From a virus (taxonomy: Duplodnaviria; Caudoviricetes): a stretch of 64,000 nt of DNA. Shown here piece after piece: positions 8,767-18,188 of this stretch. The stretch lies in the IMG/VR virus record IMGVR_UViG_3300030097_000310, positions 2,760 to 66,759 of that record; one strand, written 5' to 3'. Position numbers and translations under genes: made by a program. The notes below the pieces were generated by a model. That model had not been told where the DNA came from, searched no databases, and saw nothing but the letters and a program-made list of their open reading frames with translations. Every line of letters begins with the position of its first letter. Position 1 is the stretch's first letter.

Positions 8767-10980
8767 ATGGCAGATGATATTCAACGGCTAATCGTAAGCC
8801 TTGAGGCGCGCACTGCAGCTTTCGAAAAAGCAATGAACCGCGCTAACGGCGTTGCTAACAAGCGAGCGCGCGCTATTGAATCGCGGTTCGCGATGCTGAA
8901 TAAGCGCGTCGGTGTCGGTCTCGGCAATGCAGCGCGCGGATGGGTCGCTGGTTTAGCGGCCGTTTTTGGTGCACGCGGGCTAAAGAGCCTGTCGGATGCC
9001 GCAACGCGAATCGACAATGCCCTAAAGGTTGCTGGTGTATCTGGCGAAGAATTAGAAAAAGTCTACGGCAAACTGCGCGACAGCGCGATTGAGAACGCGG
9101 CTCCGCTTGAGTCTCTTGTAGAGCTTTATAGCCGCGCATCGCTTGTCCAGAAAGAGTTGGGCGTTTCAAGTAAGGAGTTGCTTGGGTTTACCGATAACGT
9201 AGCGGTCGCGCTACGAGTCAGCGGGAAGTCGGCGCAAGAGGCAAGCGGCGCACTACTTCAGCTTTCGCAGGCGCTAGGGTCCGGCGCGGTTAGGGCGGAA
9301 GAATTTAACAGCGTGCAAGAGGGCGCGCTTCCTATCCTTCAGGCTGCGGCCGCAGGACTCAAGGAGGCGGGCGGGTCTGTCGCAAAGCTTCGGCAGTTGG
9401 TGATTGACGGCAAAGTTTCTTCGGAGGCGCTGTTTCGCGCGTTTGAGGCCGGCGCTCCAATCCTTGAGCGCAAGGTTGCTGATGCGGTCTTTACCGTCGA
9501 TCAGGCGACAAACAACCTTTACACGGCACTTATTGACGTTGCTCGCGAGTTCAATAAATCGACCGGAGCAAGCAAGAGGTTTGCAGAGGGAATCAACAAC
9601 GCCGCGAAGGCTATTGCTGATTTCGACGTCTCCGGCTTTATCCGGAAGATTGAGGACGCTTACGACACATTAGACCGCTTTCTTACCGATCTCGGCAACG
9701 CGCAGATTTTTGATAATCTAAACCGCGCGCTTGGCCTAATGGACGGCGAAGGCAACGTCATTAATCTGGACGCCAAGGAGGCGCAAGAGAAGGCAGCGGC
9801 ACTTGAGCGTGACATTACGCGCCTGCAAGACCAAATCTCAAACTTTACGAAGCTTGGTCTTGATACATCGGAAGCCGAGTCTCGCCTATCTGGACTGCAA
9901 AGTCAGCTGTCAGACCTGCGCGCTAGCATGGCTGACATGCCAGCTGTTCTTCCGCGCGGGAGCGTCATAGATGGCGGGTATCAAGCCACAACTGACGGCG
10001 GACCGCGCCGCAACGGTCCCCGCGGCGCTGTAGCTAGCGCTGTGTCAATTAAAGACTTCAAGGCACCATCTGGCAAAAATGGCGGCAAAAGCAAGCGCGC
10101 CAACGACTATGAGCGCGAAGTCGAGCAGATCCGCGAGCGCACCGCTGCGCTTATCGCAGAAACTCAGGCGATGGCCGGTCTTAACCCGCTGGTCGACGAC
10201 TACGGATTTGCCGTCGAAAAAGCTCGCGCTGCCGTTGAACTCGAGACCGCAGCGAAGAAAGCGGGTCTTGAGGTTACGCCTGCACTAAAGGCGACGATCG
10301 ACGAGCTAGCCACCACTTACGCCAACGCATCGGTTGCCGCTGAGCAACTTGCCGAAAGCCAGGATATGGCGCGGCAAGCAGCTGAAGATATGCGCGCGCT
10401 TGGTAAGGACGTGCTTGGTGGGTTCATCAAGGTTTTGCGAGACGGCAAGTCTGCATCGGAGGCGCTGGCTGGCGCGCTGCAGAAAGTAGCGGATAAGCTG
10501 CTCGAGGTTGCGCTTAACAGTATATTCGACGGCGGTGGGGGAGGCGGCTTTGGCGGTCTCCTTGGCGGAATCGGCAAGATATTTGGATTTGCCAAAGGCG
10601 GCGTTGCTTCTCGCAGCCGTCCGCTGCCGACGTTCGCCCGTGGCGGCGTTTCCAAGTCTGCCGCTATCTTCGGCGAGGCCGGACCAGAAGCCGCTGTGCC
10701 GTTGCCTGACGGGCGGCGCATACCTGTAGATTTGCGTATTCCTAATGGCGGCAAGGACGGCGGTACGAGCAAGGTCATGTTGCAACTTTCTCCCGGTCTA
10801 GAGGCATCCATTCTTGAGGAGGCTAGAGGCCAGGCGATAGGCATCGTCGAGGCCAGCCAGGGTGCCACGATCAACGCTGCCGCATCAAAGGCAGTGCGCG
10901 ACATTCTGCCAGGCGGCAAGTCGGCGAAATCGCTTTCCGGAGCCTACAATCTAAACCCGCGAAGCAGGAGGGCAGGCTGA
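8767..10980 (+). CDS. Tail tape measure protein
   Basis: N-terminal tape-measure domain (LLQLSQALGSGAVRAEEFNS), C-terminal FAKGG/FARGG and GEAGPEAAVPL. Confidence 0.95.
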   Translation: MADDIQRLIVSLEARTAAFEKAMNRANGVANKRARAIESRFAMLNKRVGVGLGNAARGWVAGLAAVFGARGLKSLSDAATRIDNALKVAGVSGEELEKVYGKLRDSAIENAAPLESLVELYSRASLVQKELGVSSKELLGFTDNVAVALRVSGKSAQEASGALLQLSQALGSGAVRAEEFNSVQEGALPILQAAAAGLKEAGGSVAKLRQLVIDGKVSSEALFRAFEAGAPILERKVADAVFTVDQATNNLYTALIDVAREFNKSTGASKRFAEGINNAAKAIADFDVSGFIRKIEDAYDTLDRFLTDLGNAQIFDNLNRALGLMDGEGNVINLDAKEAQEKAAALERDITRLQDQISNFTKLGLDTSEAESRLSGLQSQLSDLRASMADMPAVLPRGSVIDGGYQATTDGGPRRNGPRGAVASAVSIKDFKAPSGKNGGKSKRANDYEREVEQIRERTAALIAETQAMAGLNPLVDDYGFAVEKARAAVELETAAKKAGLEVTPALKATIDELATTYANASVAAEQLAESQDMARQAAEDMRALGKDVLGGFIKVLRDGKSASEALAGALQKVADKLLEVALNSIFDGGGGGGFGGLLGGIGKIFGFAKGGVASRSRPLPTFARGGVSKSAAIFGEAGPEAAVPLPDGRRIPVDLRIPNGGKDGGTSKVMLQLSPGLEASILEEARGQAIGIVEASQGATINAAASKAVRDILPGGKSAKSLSGAYNLNPRSRRAG

Positions 10981-10981
10981 C

Positions 10982-11338
10982 ATGGTTTTTTGGCCGGCGT
11001 CTTTGCCGAAGTGCTCAATACCGCAAGGCAGATCGACCACATACGCGCGGTCGGCGCGGGAGTTCACTCCAGACGATGGTCGTCCGCTCCGGAGAGTCAC
11101 ACGATCGACTGCAGACAAGATATTCGGCGGCACATTCACGATGACGACAGCGCAGCTCGCGGATTTCTGGACGTTCTGGAACGAGACGACAAACCACGGC
11201 GTGTCCAGCTTCAATATGTGGGATCCGGATGCAGGTGCCAATGTAACCGTGATATTCGATAGCGTAGACCCCCCCATCGCCGAGACAGTGATGCGCGGGC
11301 GTCACAACGTAAATCTGTCCTTCCGGGTCGTAGGCTGA
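10982..11338 (+). CDS. Putative distal tail protein
   Basis: Directly after tape measure; FWTFWNETTNHG. Confidence 0.6.
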   Translation: MVFWPASLPKCSIPQGRSTTYARSAREFTPDDGRPLRRVTRSTADKIFGGTFTMTTAQLADFWTFWNETTNHGVSSFNMWDPDAGANVTVIFDSVDPPIAETVMRGRHNVNLSFRVVG

Positions 11339-11793
11339 TGCCGGCGCGGGATTTTACGTGGTCGGAGCGGCCTTCGGCGGTCTGGGTCTGGACCGCGCGG
11401 TTCGAGCATCCTTTGCTCGAGGAGCCGATCCGGGTGGCCGTGGACAGCGCCGACGTGACCTATGGCGGCGACGTCTATGCCAAGGGGGCGCTGTCGCTGG
11501 TTCCGCCGAATTTCGCGGAAGGCGACCAGAGCGCGCGGGTGCGGATCGCCAACATCAACCGGGAGGCGGGGCTCGCCATCCTGTCGATGGTGACGCCTGC
11601 GCAGGCGACCTTCGCGCTGGTCAATGCCGACGATCCGGATACCGGGGCAATCGAATGGCCGCCGATGCTTCTCGCGCAGGCCACCGGCAATGCGGTCGAG
11701 ATCACCGGAGAGTTCCGCTCGCTGGTCAACCCGCAAGACGCATGGCCGAAGGATCGCGCCACGAAGGACAACGCGCCGGCGCTGTGGATATGA
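11338..11793 (+). CDS. Tail tip protein (DUF1833-like)
   Basis: ARFEHPLLEEPIRVA, RVRIANINRE, WPKDRAT; synteny. Confidence 0.7.
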   Translation: MPARDFTWSERPSAVWVWTARFEHPLLEEPIRVAVDSADVTYGGDVYAKGALSLVPPNFAEGDQSARVRIANINREAGLAILSMVTPAQATFALVNADDPDTGAIEWPPMLLAQATGNAVEITGEFRSLVNPQDAWPKDRATKDNAPALWI

Positions 11794-12185
11794 GAGACCG
11801 CTTTGCTGCCATCCCCTTCCTCGCGGAGGGGCGGGGGTATGAGGGGTGCGATTGCTGGGGGCTAGTTTGGCTCTGGTATCGCGACGTGCTGCGGATCGCG
11901 CTGCCGCGTTACGACGGGGTGGCGGTTGACGATCCGCGCGGGATCGACCGTGTCATCCGGATCGCCGAGGCGGACTGGACGCCAGTCGACACGCCGCGCG
12001 ACCATGACGTCGTCGTCATGCGGGCGGTGGGCGGATCGCGGGCGGATTCGCATCTCGGCATCGTCGTGGAGACGCGCAAGGTGATGCACACGACCGAACG
12101 GCTCGGCGTGCAGGTGCAGCGGCTGTCGTCGCCGCTGATCAGAAGCCGCGCGCCGCGATTCTTTCGTCATCATGCACTAGTCTAG
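11790..12185 (+). CDS. NlpC/P60 tail-associated peptidase
   Basis: GRGYEGCDCWGLV and HLGIV motifs; ATGA overlap at 11790. Confidence 0.9.
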   Translation: MRDRFAAIPFLAEGRGYEGCDCWGLVWLWYRDVLRIALPRYDGVAVDDPRGIDRVIRIAEADWTPVDTPRDHDVVVMRAVGGSRADSHLGIVVETRKVMHTTERLGVQVQRLSSPLIRSRAPRFFRHHALV

Positions 12186-12197
12186 GGGGTTGTATCA

Positions 12198-14906
12198 TTG
12201 ACCGCTGATCTGATCGCCACCGCAGGACTGCGCGTCACGGTGGCGCATGCGCCGATGATCGGCGCGAAGGATTTCGATCTGTCGTTCGCCGAGCAGACGC
12301 TCGAGGACATCGTGGCGGCGGCGATCGCGCGCGGGGCTGTCGCGGAGCGGTTCTGGTGGCACGGGCGCATCACCGTCGACGGCTATCTCGTGCCGCCGCA
12401 ATACTGGCATCTCGCGAGGCCGAAGCGCGGCCGGCACATTCACCTGTGGATACCGCCCGGCGACCCGGTGTCGCTCGGCGTCGGCCTCGGTTCTATCCTG
12501 TTCTCGATCGGCGCGCCGGTGGCCGTGGTCAACGCTGCGGTGACCTTCGGCGGGTCGCTGCTATTGGCAGGCATCGGCATTGTCGGGCAGCTTGCCGTCA
12601 ATGCGCTGTTCACGCCGCCGCAAGCCGCGCTGCGGGACCAGTCGGACGTCGCGCAGGCGAACCGCGCCGGCATCACCCAGAACGTGCCGCGCAAGGGGCA
12701 GTCATATCCCTTCGTGTTCGGCACTGCCCGCGTTTCTCCGCAGCCGCTCTGCTACGCCTGGTCGGAACTGACCGGCGACGACGAATACGCCCATACGGTG
12801 CTGGCGCTGGCCGGGCCGCATTCGATCTCGGATGTGCGCGTGAAGGGCGTTCCGGTTGCCGGCGACGACAGCGTCGAGACGTGGATCGACGACGGCACGG
12901 CGGCGACGCGGACGAACCAGTTCACGCGGGCGGGCTATACCGCGCCGGTCAACCGCGAACTGCCGCAGCACGACGCGCGGGTCAACGAGGACGGTTTCAC
13001 CAACCTCGCGCTGCGCGATCAGACCAACCCGGAAAACTCCCTGCCCGCCTGGCAGCGCGTGGTCTCGCGGCGCAACGCCGACCGGGTGGATCTGCGCATC
13101 ACGATCCGCAATCCCTTCGACGCCGGGGCGGGGAACGTCAACCAGGCGATCTGGTTTCGGCTGCGGGCGCGCAAGGCGGGCGAATCGACATGGAAAAATG
13201 TCGGCACGCTGCCCTATATCGGCAAGGGGCAGGGGGATTTCCGGCGGCGCATCCGGTTTCACTTCACGCGCTACAGCAGCGCCACGGAAACCGGCAAAAG
13301 CCCGAACGGCTTTCTGCAGCCGGCCGCGACGCTGCCCGCCGTGACCAGCGACCACGCGGTGATCAAGACGTCGGATGGCGAGCGGTTTCCGCCGGCCTAC
13401 ACGTTCCGCCACCGCAGGCAGGCCGAAGGCATCGACATCTATCCGGACGACGACGCTTCGGAAGCTTATTTCACCGCCGCCGACACGGAATATGAATTCG
13501 AGCTGCAGCGCTCGGAAATGGTCGAGGCGAGCGAGCTGACCGACGTGCCGACGATGGAGAACGGCGGCACCTATTACGACTTCTTCGACGCGCGCGACAT
13601 CGGCTCGGGCATCTGGGGGCTTTCGGAAAACCCGGAGGACCAGGGCGATCAGGTGTTTCTCGAATCGGCGGTGAGCCTGTTCGACATGGACATCGTGCCG
13701 CCGAACTCCAGCTTCGCGACACTGCATCTCCGCGTCCGCAACAAGGAACTGTCGGAGATCGACTGCCTTGCCTCCGCGCTGGTGCCGGTGTGGAACGGTT
13801 CGGTCTTCACCGGCCAGTCGGCATCCTCGAACCCGGCGGATCATTTCCGCGACGTGCTGGCGGGCGCGCGCACCGTGGCGCCTGTGCCGGACGCCAATGT
13901 CAAAGACGAGACGTTGGGCGAATGGCGCGAGGAATGCGCGGCGCGCGGCTATGCGGTGAACCTCGCCTATTACGGCGGGACCGTGGGCGAGGCGCTGCGG
14001 CTGGTGGCCGCCTGCGGCTATGCGCGTCCGCTGGAGGGCACCAGCTACTCCGTGGCCTATCACCGCGACACGTCCGGCGAACGGCCGGTGCAGCACTTCA
14101 CGCCGCGCAACATCCGCAATTATTCATGGTCGGTCGCCTTCTCGCCCCGGCCGGGCGCGGTGCTGGCGAAATTCCAGAACGCGGCGAAGAATTTCGAGCC
14201 GGACGAGATCGTCGTCGAAGACCCCTACGCCGTGGCCGGCGCGACCGGGGAAATCGAGGAGGTAGAGTTTCCGGGCTTCACGACGGCGGCCGAGGTAACG
14301 GCGCGGGCGGAATTCGACTTCCTGCAGCTTCGCCGCAACATCCGCCACCGGTTCGAGGTCGGCTTCGAATGGCTGTCGGAGGAAACCGAGCCGGGCAATG
14401 TGGCATTGCTGTCGCACGACGCGCTGCACCGGCAGGCGGCCTGGGGCCGGGTAGCGGCGGTGACGAATGCGACCAGTTTCACCATCGATGCCGATATCGG
14501 CTATTCGGCCGACGGGGCATGGTTCACGGCAGACGATTTCTTCACCTCGGCGGATTTCTTCGAGGGCGAACATTGGGGCATCGCCATCCGCTCAGAGGAT
14601 ACGGGCGAGGTCATCGTCATGGCGCTGGACGGCTGGACCTCCGCCAGCCGGACCGTGACCGTCGGCGACACGGGCGATATTTCGCCCGGCGATCTCTGCA
14701 CGTTCGGCCCGCTGGAACAGGTGACGCGGCGCGTGCTGATCCTCGAGGTGACGCCGCAGGGCGACGACGTGGCGGAAGTTGTCTGCCAGGACGAGGGCAA
14801 CGATCCGGACAGCTATTTCGACGGAATTCGCATTCTTGCCGGCGACCAGAGCGGCAAACGCATTCTTGCCGGCGATCAGGCCGGATATCGTCTCTACAGG
14901 GAATAG
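12198..14906 (+). CDS. Central tail fibre / host-specificity protein (J-like)
   Basis: 902 aa; N-terminal ubiquitin-like gpI region, YPFVFG, SNPADHFRDVL, FTPRNIRN. Confidence 0.85.
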   Translation: MTADLIATAGLRVTVAHAPMIGAKDFDLSFAEQTLEDIVAAAIARGAVAERFWWHGRITVDGYLVPPQYWHLARPKRGRHIHLWIPPGDPVSLGVGLGSILFSIGAPVAVVNAAVTFGGSLLLAGIGIVGQLAVNALFTPPQAALRDQSDVAQANRAGITQNVPRKGQSYPFVFGTARVSPQPLCYAWSELTGDDEYAHTVLALAGPHSISDVRVKGVPVAGDDSVETWIDDGTAATRTNQFTRAGYTAPVNRELPQHDARVNEDGFTNLALRDQTNPENSLPAWQRVVSRRNADRVDLRITIRNPFDAGAGNVNQAIWFRLRARKAGESTWKNVGTLPYIGKGQGDFRRRIRFHFTRYSSATETGKSPNGFLQPAATLPAVTSDHAVIKTSDGERFPPAYTFRHRRQAEGIDIYPDDDASEAYFTAADTEYEFELQRSEMVEASELTDVPTMENGGTYYDFFDARDIGSGIWGLSENPEDQGDQVFLESAVSLFDMDIVPPNSSFATLHLRVRNKELSEIDCLASALVPVWNGSVFTGQSASSNPADHFRDVLAGARTVAPVPDANVKDETLGEWREECAARGYAVNLAYYGGTVGEALRLVAACGYARPLEGTSYSVAYHRDTSGERPVQHFTPRNIRNYSWSVAFSPRPGAVLAKFQNAAKNFEPDEIVVEDPYAVAGATGEIEEVEFPGFTTAAEVTARAEFDFLQLRRNIRHRFEVGFEWLSEETEPGNVALLSHDALHRQAAWGRVAAVTNATSFTIDADIGYSADGAWFTADDFFTSADFFEGEHWGIAIRSEDTGEVIVMALDGWTSASRTVTVGDTGDISPGDLCTFGPLEQVTRRVLILEVTPQGDDVAEVVCQDEGNDPDSYFDGIRILAGDQSGKRILAGDQAGYRLYRE

Positions 14907-14909
14907 ACC

Positions 14910-16037
14910 ATGGCAGATTCAACGATAGGCGGCCTTCCGGACGCCGCCGCTCTCGACGGCACCGAATATTTCGAGATTCAGCAGTCCGGCAACAGCCGGC
15001 GGTCGCTGATCTCGACTATCTGGACGTGGGTGAAGACAAAGCTGGTCGGGGAGGCGATCTATGTCGGGACGGGTTCCGGAACCGGTCTCGACGTAGCTGG
15101 CGACGGCGACCTCGCAGTCAGAATTCACGGTAACAGTTATGTTGCGATGCAGTTCGAGTCGTATCGCGACAGCAGCGCCGGCCATTGTAGGTTCCAAGGC
15201 ATCGGAGGGCGGGGAACAGAAGCGTCGCCGGGGCAGACCCAGAGCGGCGACGGACTATTCTGGATAGCGGGGCGCGGCATCAATGAGAATGGCAGCAATA
15301 CGAATGATGTCGCTGCGATACGCATCAACGCCGATGGTACGGTGTCGTCAACATCTTATGCGGGTGAAATTGAATTTGCGACGTGTCCAAACGGGTCCAC
15401 CGGTACAGTCACGAGGATGGGCATTCGCAACGATGGGCAAATCGATTTTCCCGGCCTCGCAACGACAGCGAGCGCAGCAAATGCCTTCCTAGACAGCGGC
15501 AACGATAACGAGTTGCTGCGGTCAACTTCGAGTCTCAAATACAAGAAAGACGTGGAAGCGGTCGACCCCCAATATTCGAAAGCCATGATGGGTTTGCAGG
15601 GTATCTATTATCGTTCCATCGCCAAGGCCGATAACCCGGAATGGGCGTGGTGGGGCTTCGCTGCGGAGGAAGTGGCAGAGATCGACCCGCGCATGGTCCA
15701 TTGGGGCTATGGCGAGGACGACTATGATCTGGTTGAGGTCGAAATCGAACCCGCCGTCAAAGCGAAGCCCGCGAAGAAAAGCAGGCTTGGCCGCGTTGTC
15801 GAGCCCGCCGTCGCTGCCATGCCGGCGCAAACGGAAATGCGGGCGGTCCTCAAGGAAGGCGCGGTCAAGTCGCCGCAGGGCGTCATGTACGAACGGTTCG
15901 TCGTGCACCATCAGGTCATCATCAAGGAACATCAGGGGCGCATCAAAGCTTTGGAAGATGAGAACCGCGCGCTCAACGAAGCAGTCGCCACACTGACGGC
16001 CCGGATCGACGCACTTGAAGCTAGGCTCGCCAAATAA
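14910..16037 (+). CDS. Tail fibre with C-terminal intramolecular chaperone (peptidase S74-like)
   Basis: RSTSSLKYKKDV, WGFAAEEV, C-terminal coiled coil. Confidence 0.88.
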   Translation: MADSTIGGLPDAAALDGTEYFEIQQSGNSRRSLISTIWTWVKTKLVGEAIYVGTGSGTGLDVAGDGDLAVRIHGNSYVAMQFESYRDSSAGHCRFQGIGGRGTEASPGQTQSGDGLFWIAGRGINENGSNTNDVAAIRINADGTVSSTSYAGEIEFATCPNGSTGTVTRMGIRNDGQIDFPGLATTASAANAFLDSGNDNELLRSTSSLKYKKDVEAVDPQYSKAMMGLQGIYYRSIAKADNPEWAWWGFAAEEVAEIDPRMVHWGYGEDDYDLVEVEIEPAVKAKPAKKSRLGRVVEPAVAAMPAQTEMRAVLKEGAVKSPQGVMYERFVVHHQVIIKEHQGRIKALEDENRALNEAVATLTARIDALEARLAK

Positions 16038-16116
16038 ATAGCCGCAGCACGGCGTAGCCTCTACTGACACATTTAGCTGATTGACCTCTGCGCCAGCCGC
16101 GTGTTTGTTAAAAAAC

Positions 16117-16794
16117 ATGGAAGATGTCGAACGCGTTTATTCGAGCAACCGATATGGGCTCTATGCGATCCCGGCTGGTACGCTTCACCGACCGGCTGCA
16201 AGGCTGGTGAGCGAAGGGAATGTTTACGAGCCGGACACGATAGATTTCATGCGGAATAATCATCGTGGCATGGATATCGTGCATGCGGGGGCGTTCTTCG
16301 GAGACTTCATCCCCGGCCTGGCTTCCGGGGTGTCTGCCGGAAGCCTCATATGGAGTTTCGAACCAACCCCGGAAAATTATACCTGCGCAGCGGAAACGGT
16401 GCGGCTAAACCGACTTGAGAATGTCATCTTGACGAATGCGGCTCTTTCAAGTGAACCGGGTGAATTGTCGATGCGCGTCAAACGAGACGATGGCATCTCT
16501 GCTGGCGGGACCAGTCACATTGTTGATGAAGCCGCCGATGGAGACCGTATCGTTCGCGTTCCTGCTGTCCGGATCGATGACGTCATACCTGAAACCCGAG
16601 GCGTGGGCATCCTTCAGCTCGATCTGGAAGGGCACGAATTGGCAGCGCTACGCGGTGCGGCGCGAACAATTGCCAAGTGGCGACCAATACTGATCATCGA
16701 AAACCAGTTCGAAAGCGAATGGCTGCGGTCGGTCACCAATATCGAATACCGATACGTCGGTCGGCTTCACGAAAACGGCATCTTCGCCAGCTGA
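16117..16794 (+). CDS. FkbM-family SAM-dependent methyltransferase (moron)
   Basis: VHAGAFFG, WSFEP, NAALS, RIDDVI, QLDLEGHELAALRGA, RPILIIE. Confidence 0.88.
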   Translation: MEDVERVYSSNRYGLYAIPAGTLHRPAARLVSEGNVYEPDTIDFMRNNHRGMDIVHAGAFFGDFIPGLASGVSAGSLIWSFEPTPENYTCAAETVRLNRLENVILTNAALSSEPGELSMRVKRDDGISAGGTSHIVDEAADGDRIVRVPAVRIDDVIPETRGVGILQLDLEGHELAALRGAARTIAKWRPILIIENQFESEWLRSVTNIEYRYVGRLHENGIFAS

Positions 16795-16971
16795 AGCGTC
16801 GACGTTGGCTTAGAGGTCGATAGACCGCCTTCAAGACACTCTTGAATTGCATTCTTTTCAATCGTGACGGCGACGGCAAAGAGGATTCATCCTTTTCGCC
16901 GCGCCTGTATCTGACCTCCGAAATCTGAGACCCGCAACCGCGCCGTTTTTCACGGCGGGAAAGGACCGATC

Positions 16972-17961
16972 ATGACCGTCAACCGGCAATTGCGTGGATC
17001 TGGCGATCCCGCCGCCGAATCCACCTATGTCGACGAGGTAAAGGAAGAGGTGGAGGCGCTGTGGCGGATCGGCGTCGAGCCGCTGACATCGGTCGCCGGA
17101 ACCAACACCATCACCGCGTCGCCGCTGGTCTCGGGCACCGGCTTTGCCGCCTATGCGGCCGGCAACAAGTTCTCGCTGATCCCGGCGAACGCGAACACCG
17201 GCGCGGTGACGATCAACGTTGCCGGGCGCGGCGCGAAGGCCGTCAAGACGGCGGCGGGCAATGCGCTGACCGGCGGGGAGATGCTGGCCGGAACGCTCTA
17301 CCAGATCGAATATGACGGCACCGATTTCCGGCTGGCCGCCGGCGGATACGACCTTGGCGCGGGCATCAATGGCGCGACCTCCAAGACGACGCCGGTGGAC
17401 GCGGACGAATTCGTCCTGTCCGACAGCGCCGCCTCCAATGTCGCGAAAAAGGTCACGCTGGCGGAGCTGAAGGCGATCTTCGGCGGCGGCTGGACGCTGG
17501 TCGACGAGATCGAGCCGACCTCGGATGTGGCCTCGATCTCGAAAACCGGACTGTCGGCCTATCGCGACGTGAAGATCACGTTCGCGATGCAGACGTCCGG
17601 GCCCAGCGGAACGCTTTCGATCCAGGCACGGTCTTCCGGCGGGACATGGCGGACCTTCTTCGATGTCGGCGGCAGCAGCGGCGCGACGCTGATCGGTGAA
17701 CTCACGATCGCCAATTTCGGGCGCAACAACAATATCAAGATCGTTTCGGGCGCTATCTACGCGATCAACAACGGTCTCGTCGACCGCTCGGATGCGGTTG
17801 TTCCGGCCGCCACATCGGCGAACATAGGTATCGCCCGTGCCGTAACATGGTCGGAAAAATGGGACGAGCTCCGCTTTGTTCCGTCCAGTGGCAACATCGA
17901 AGGCTCGACCGCCGACCAGCGCGCCTACGCCGCGTTTTACGGGCAGGGCGACGGAGACTGA
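16972..17961 (+). CDS. Second tail fibre / receptor-binding-like protein
   Basis: NTGAVTINVAGRGAKAV...GEMLAG fibre N-terminus, KTTPVDADEF hinge. Confidence 0.7.
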   Translation: MTVNRQLRGSGDPAAESTYVDEVKEEVEALWRIGVEPLTSVAGTNTITASPLVSGTGFAAYAAGNKFSLIPANANTGAVTINVAGRGAKAVKTAAGNALTGGEMLAGTLYQIEYDGTDFRLAAGGYDLGAGINGATSKTTPVDADEFVLSDSAASNVAKKVTLAELKAIFGGGWTLVDEIEPTSDVASISKTGLSAYRDVKITFAMQTSGPSGTLSIQARSSGGTWRTFFDVGGSSGATLIGELTIANFGRNNNIKIVSGAIYAINNGLVDRSDAVVPAATSANIGIARAVTWSEKWDELRFVPSSGNIEGSTADQRAYAAFYGQGDGD

Positions 17962-18027
17962 CGCCCGGCCGGGCTTCTCGACATTCGGAACACGCAACCG
18001 CGCCAGCAGGGCGGGGAAGGATCTGTC

Positions 18028-18156
18028 ATGAGCATCGACAGGGCTCCATGGGACGCGATCGTGCGCGTCGCCAAGGCGCAGAATCTCGAACCGGCGGCGC
18101 TGCTGGCGATCGCCGACATAGACGCATCCTGCGCGACGGTCGTCACATTTCGATGA
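18028..18156 (+). pseudogene. Truncated N-acetylmuramidase-like endolysin start
   Basis: GGAAGG RBS then MSIDRAPWDAIVRVAKAQNLEPAALLAIAD, resembling DUF3380-type lysin N-termini; stops after 42 codons. Confidence 0.55.
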
Positions 18157-18188
18157 ATACTACCTAAACCACCACAAGGAATCACCAC

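Noticed and set aside
14910-17961. Diversity-generating retroelement or invertible fibre cassette
   Set aside because: No reverse transcriptase, invertase, TR/VR pair or inverted crossover sites seen
11358-17997. Long alternative-frame ORFs in the tail-tip block (12356-13495, 12702-14096, 13790-15133, 16858-17997, and the 5' part of 11358-12185)
   Set aside because: Arg/Gly/Pro-rich shadows of high-GC coding sequence, with no motifs or RBS. This differs from the nested MTase ORF, which supplies a missing catalytic motif.
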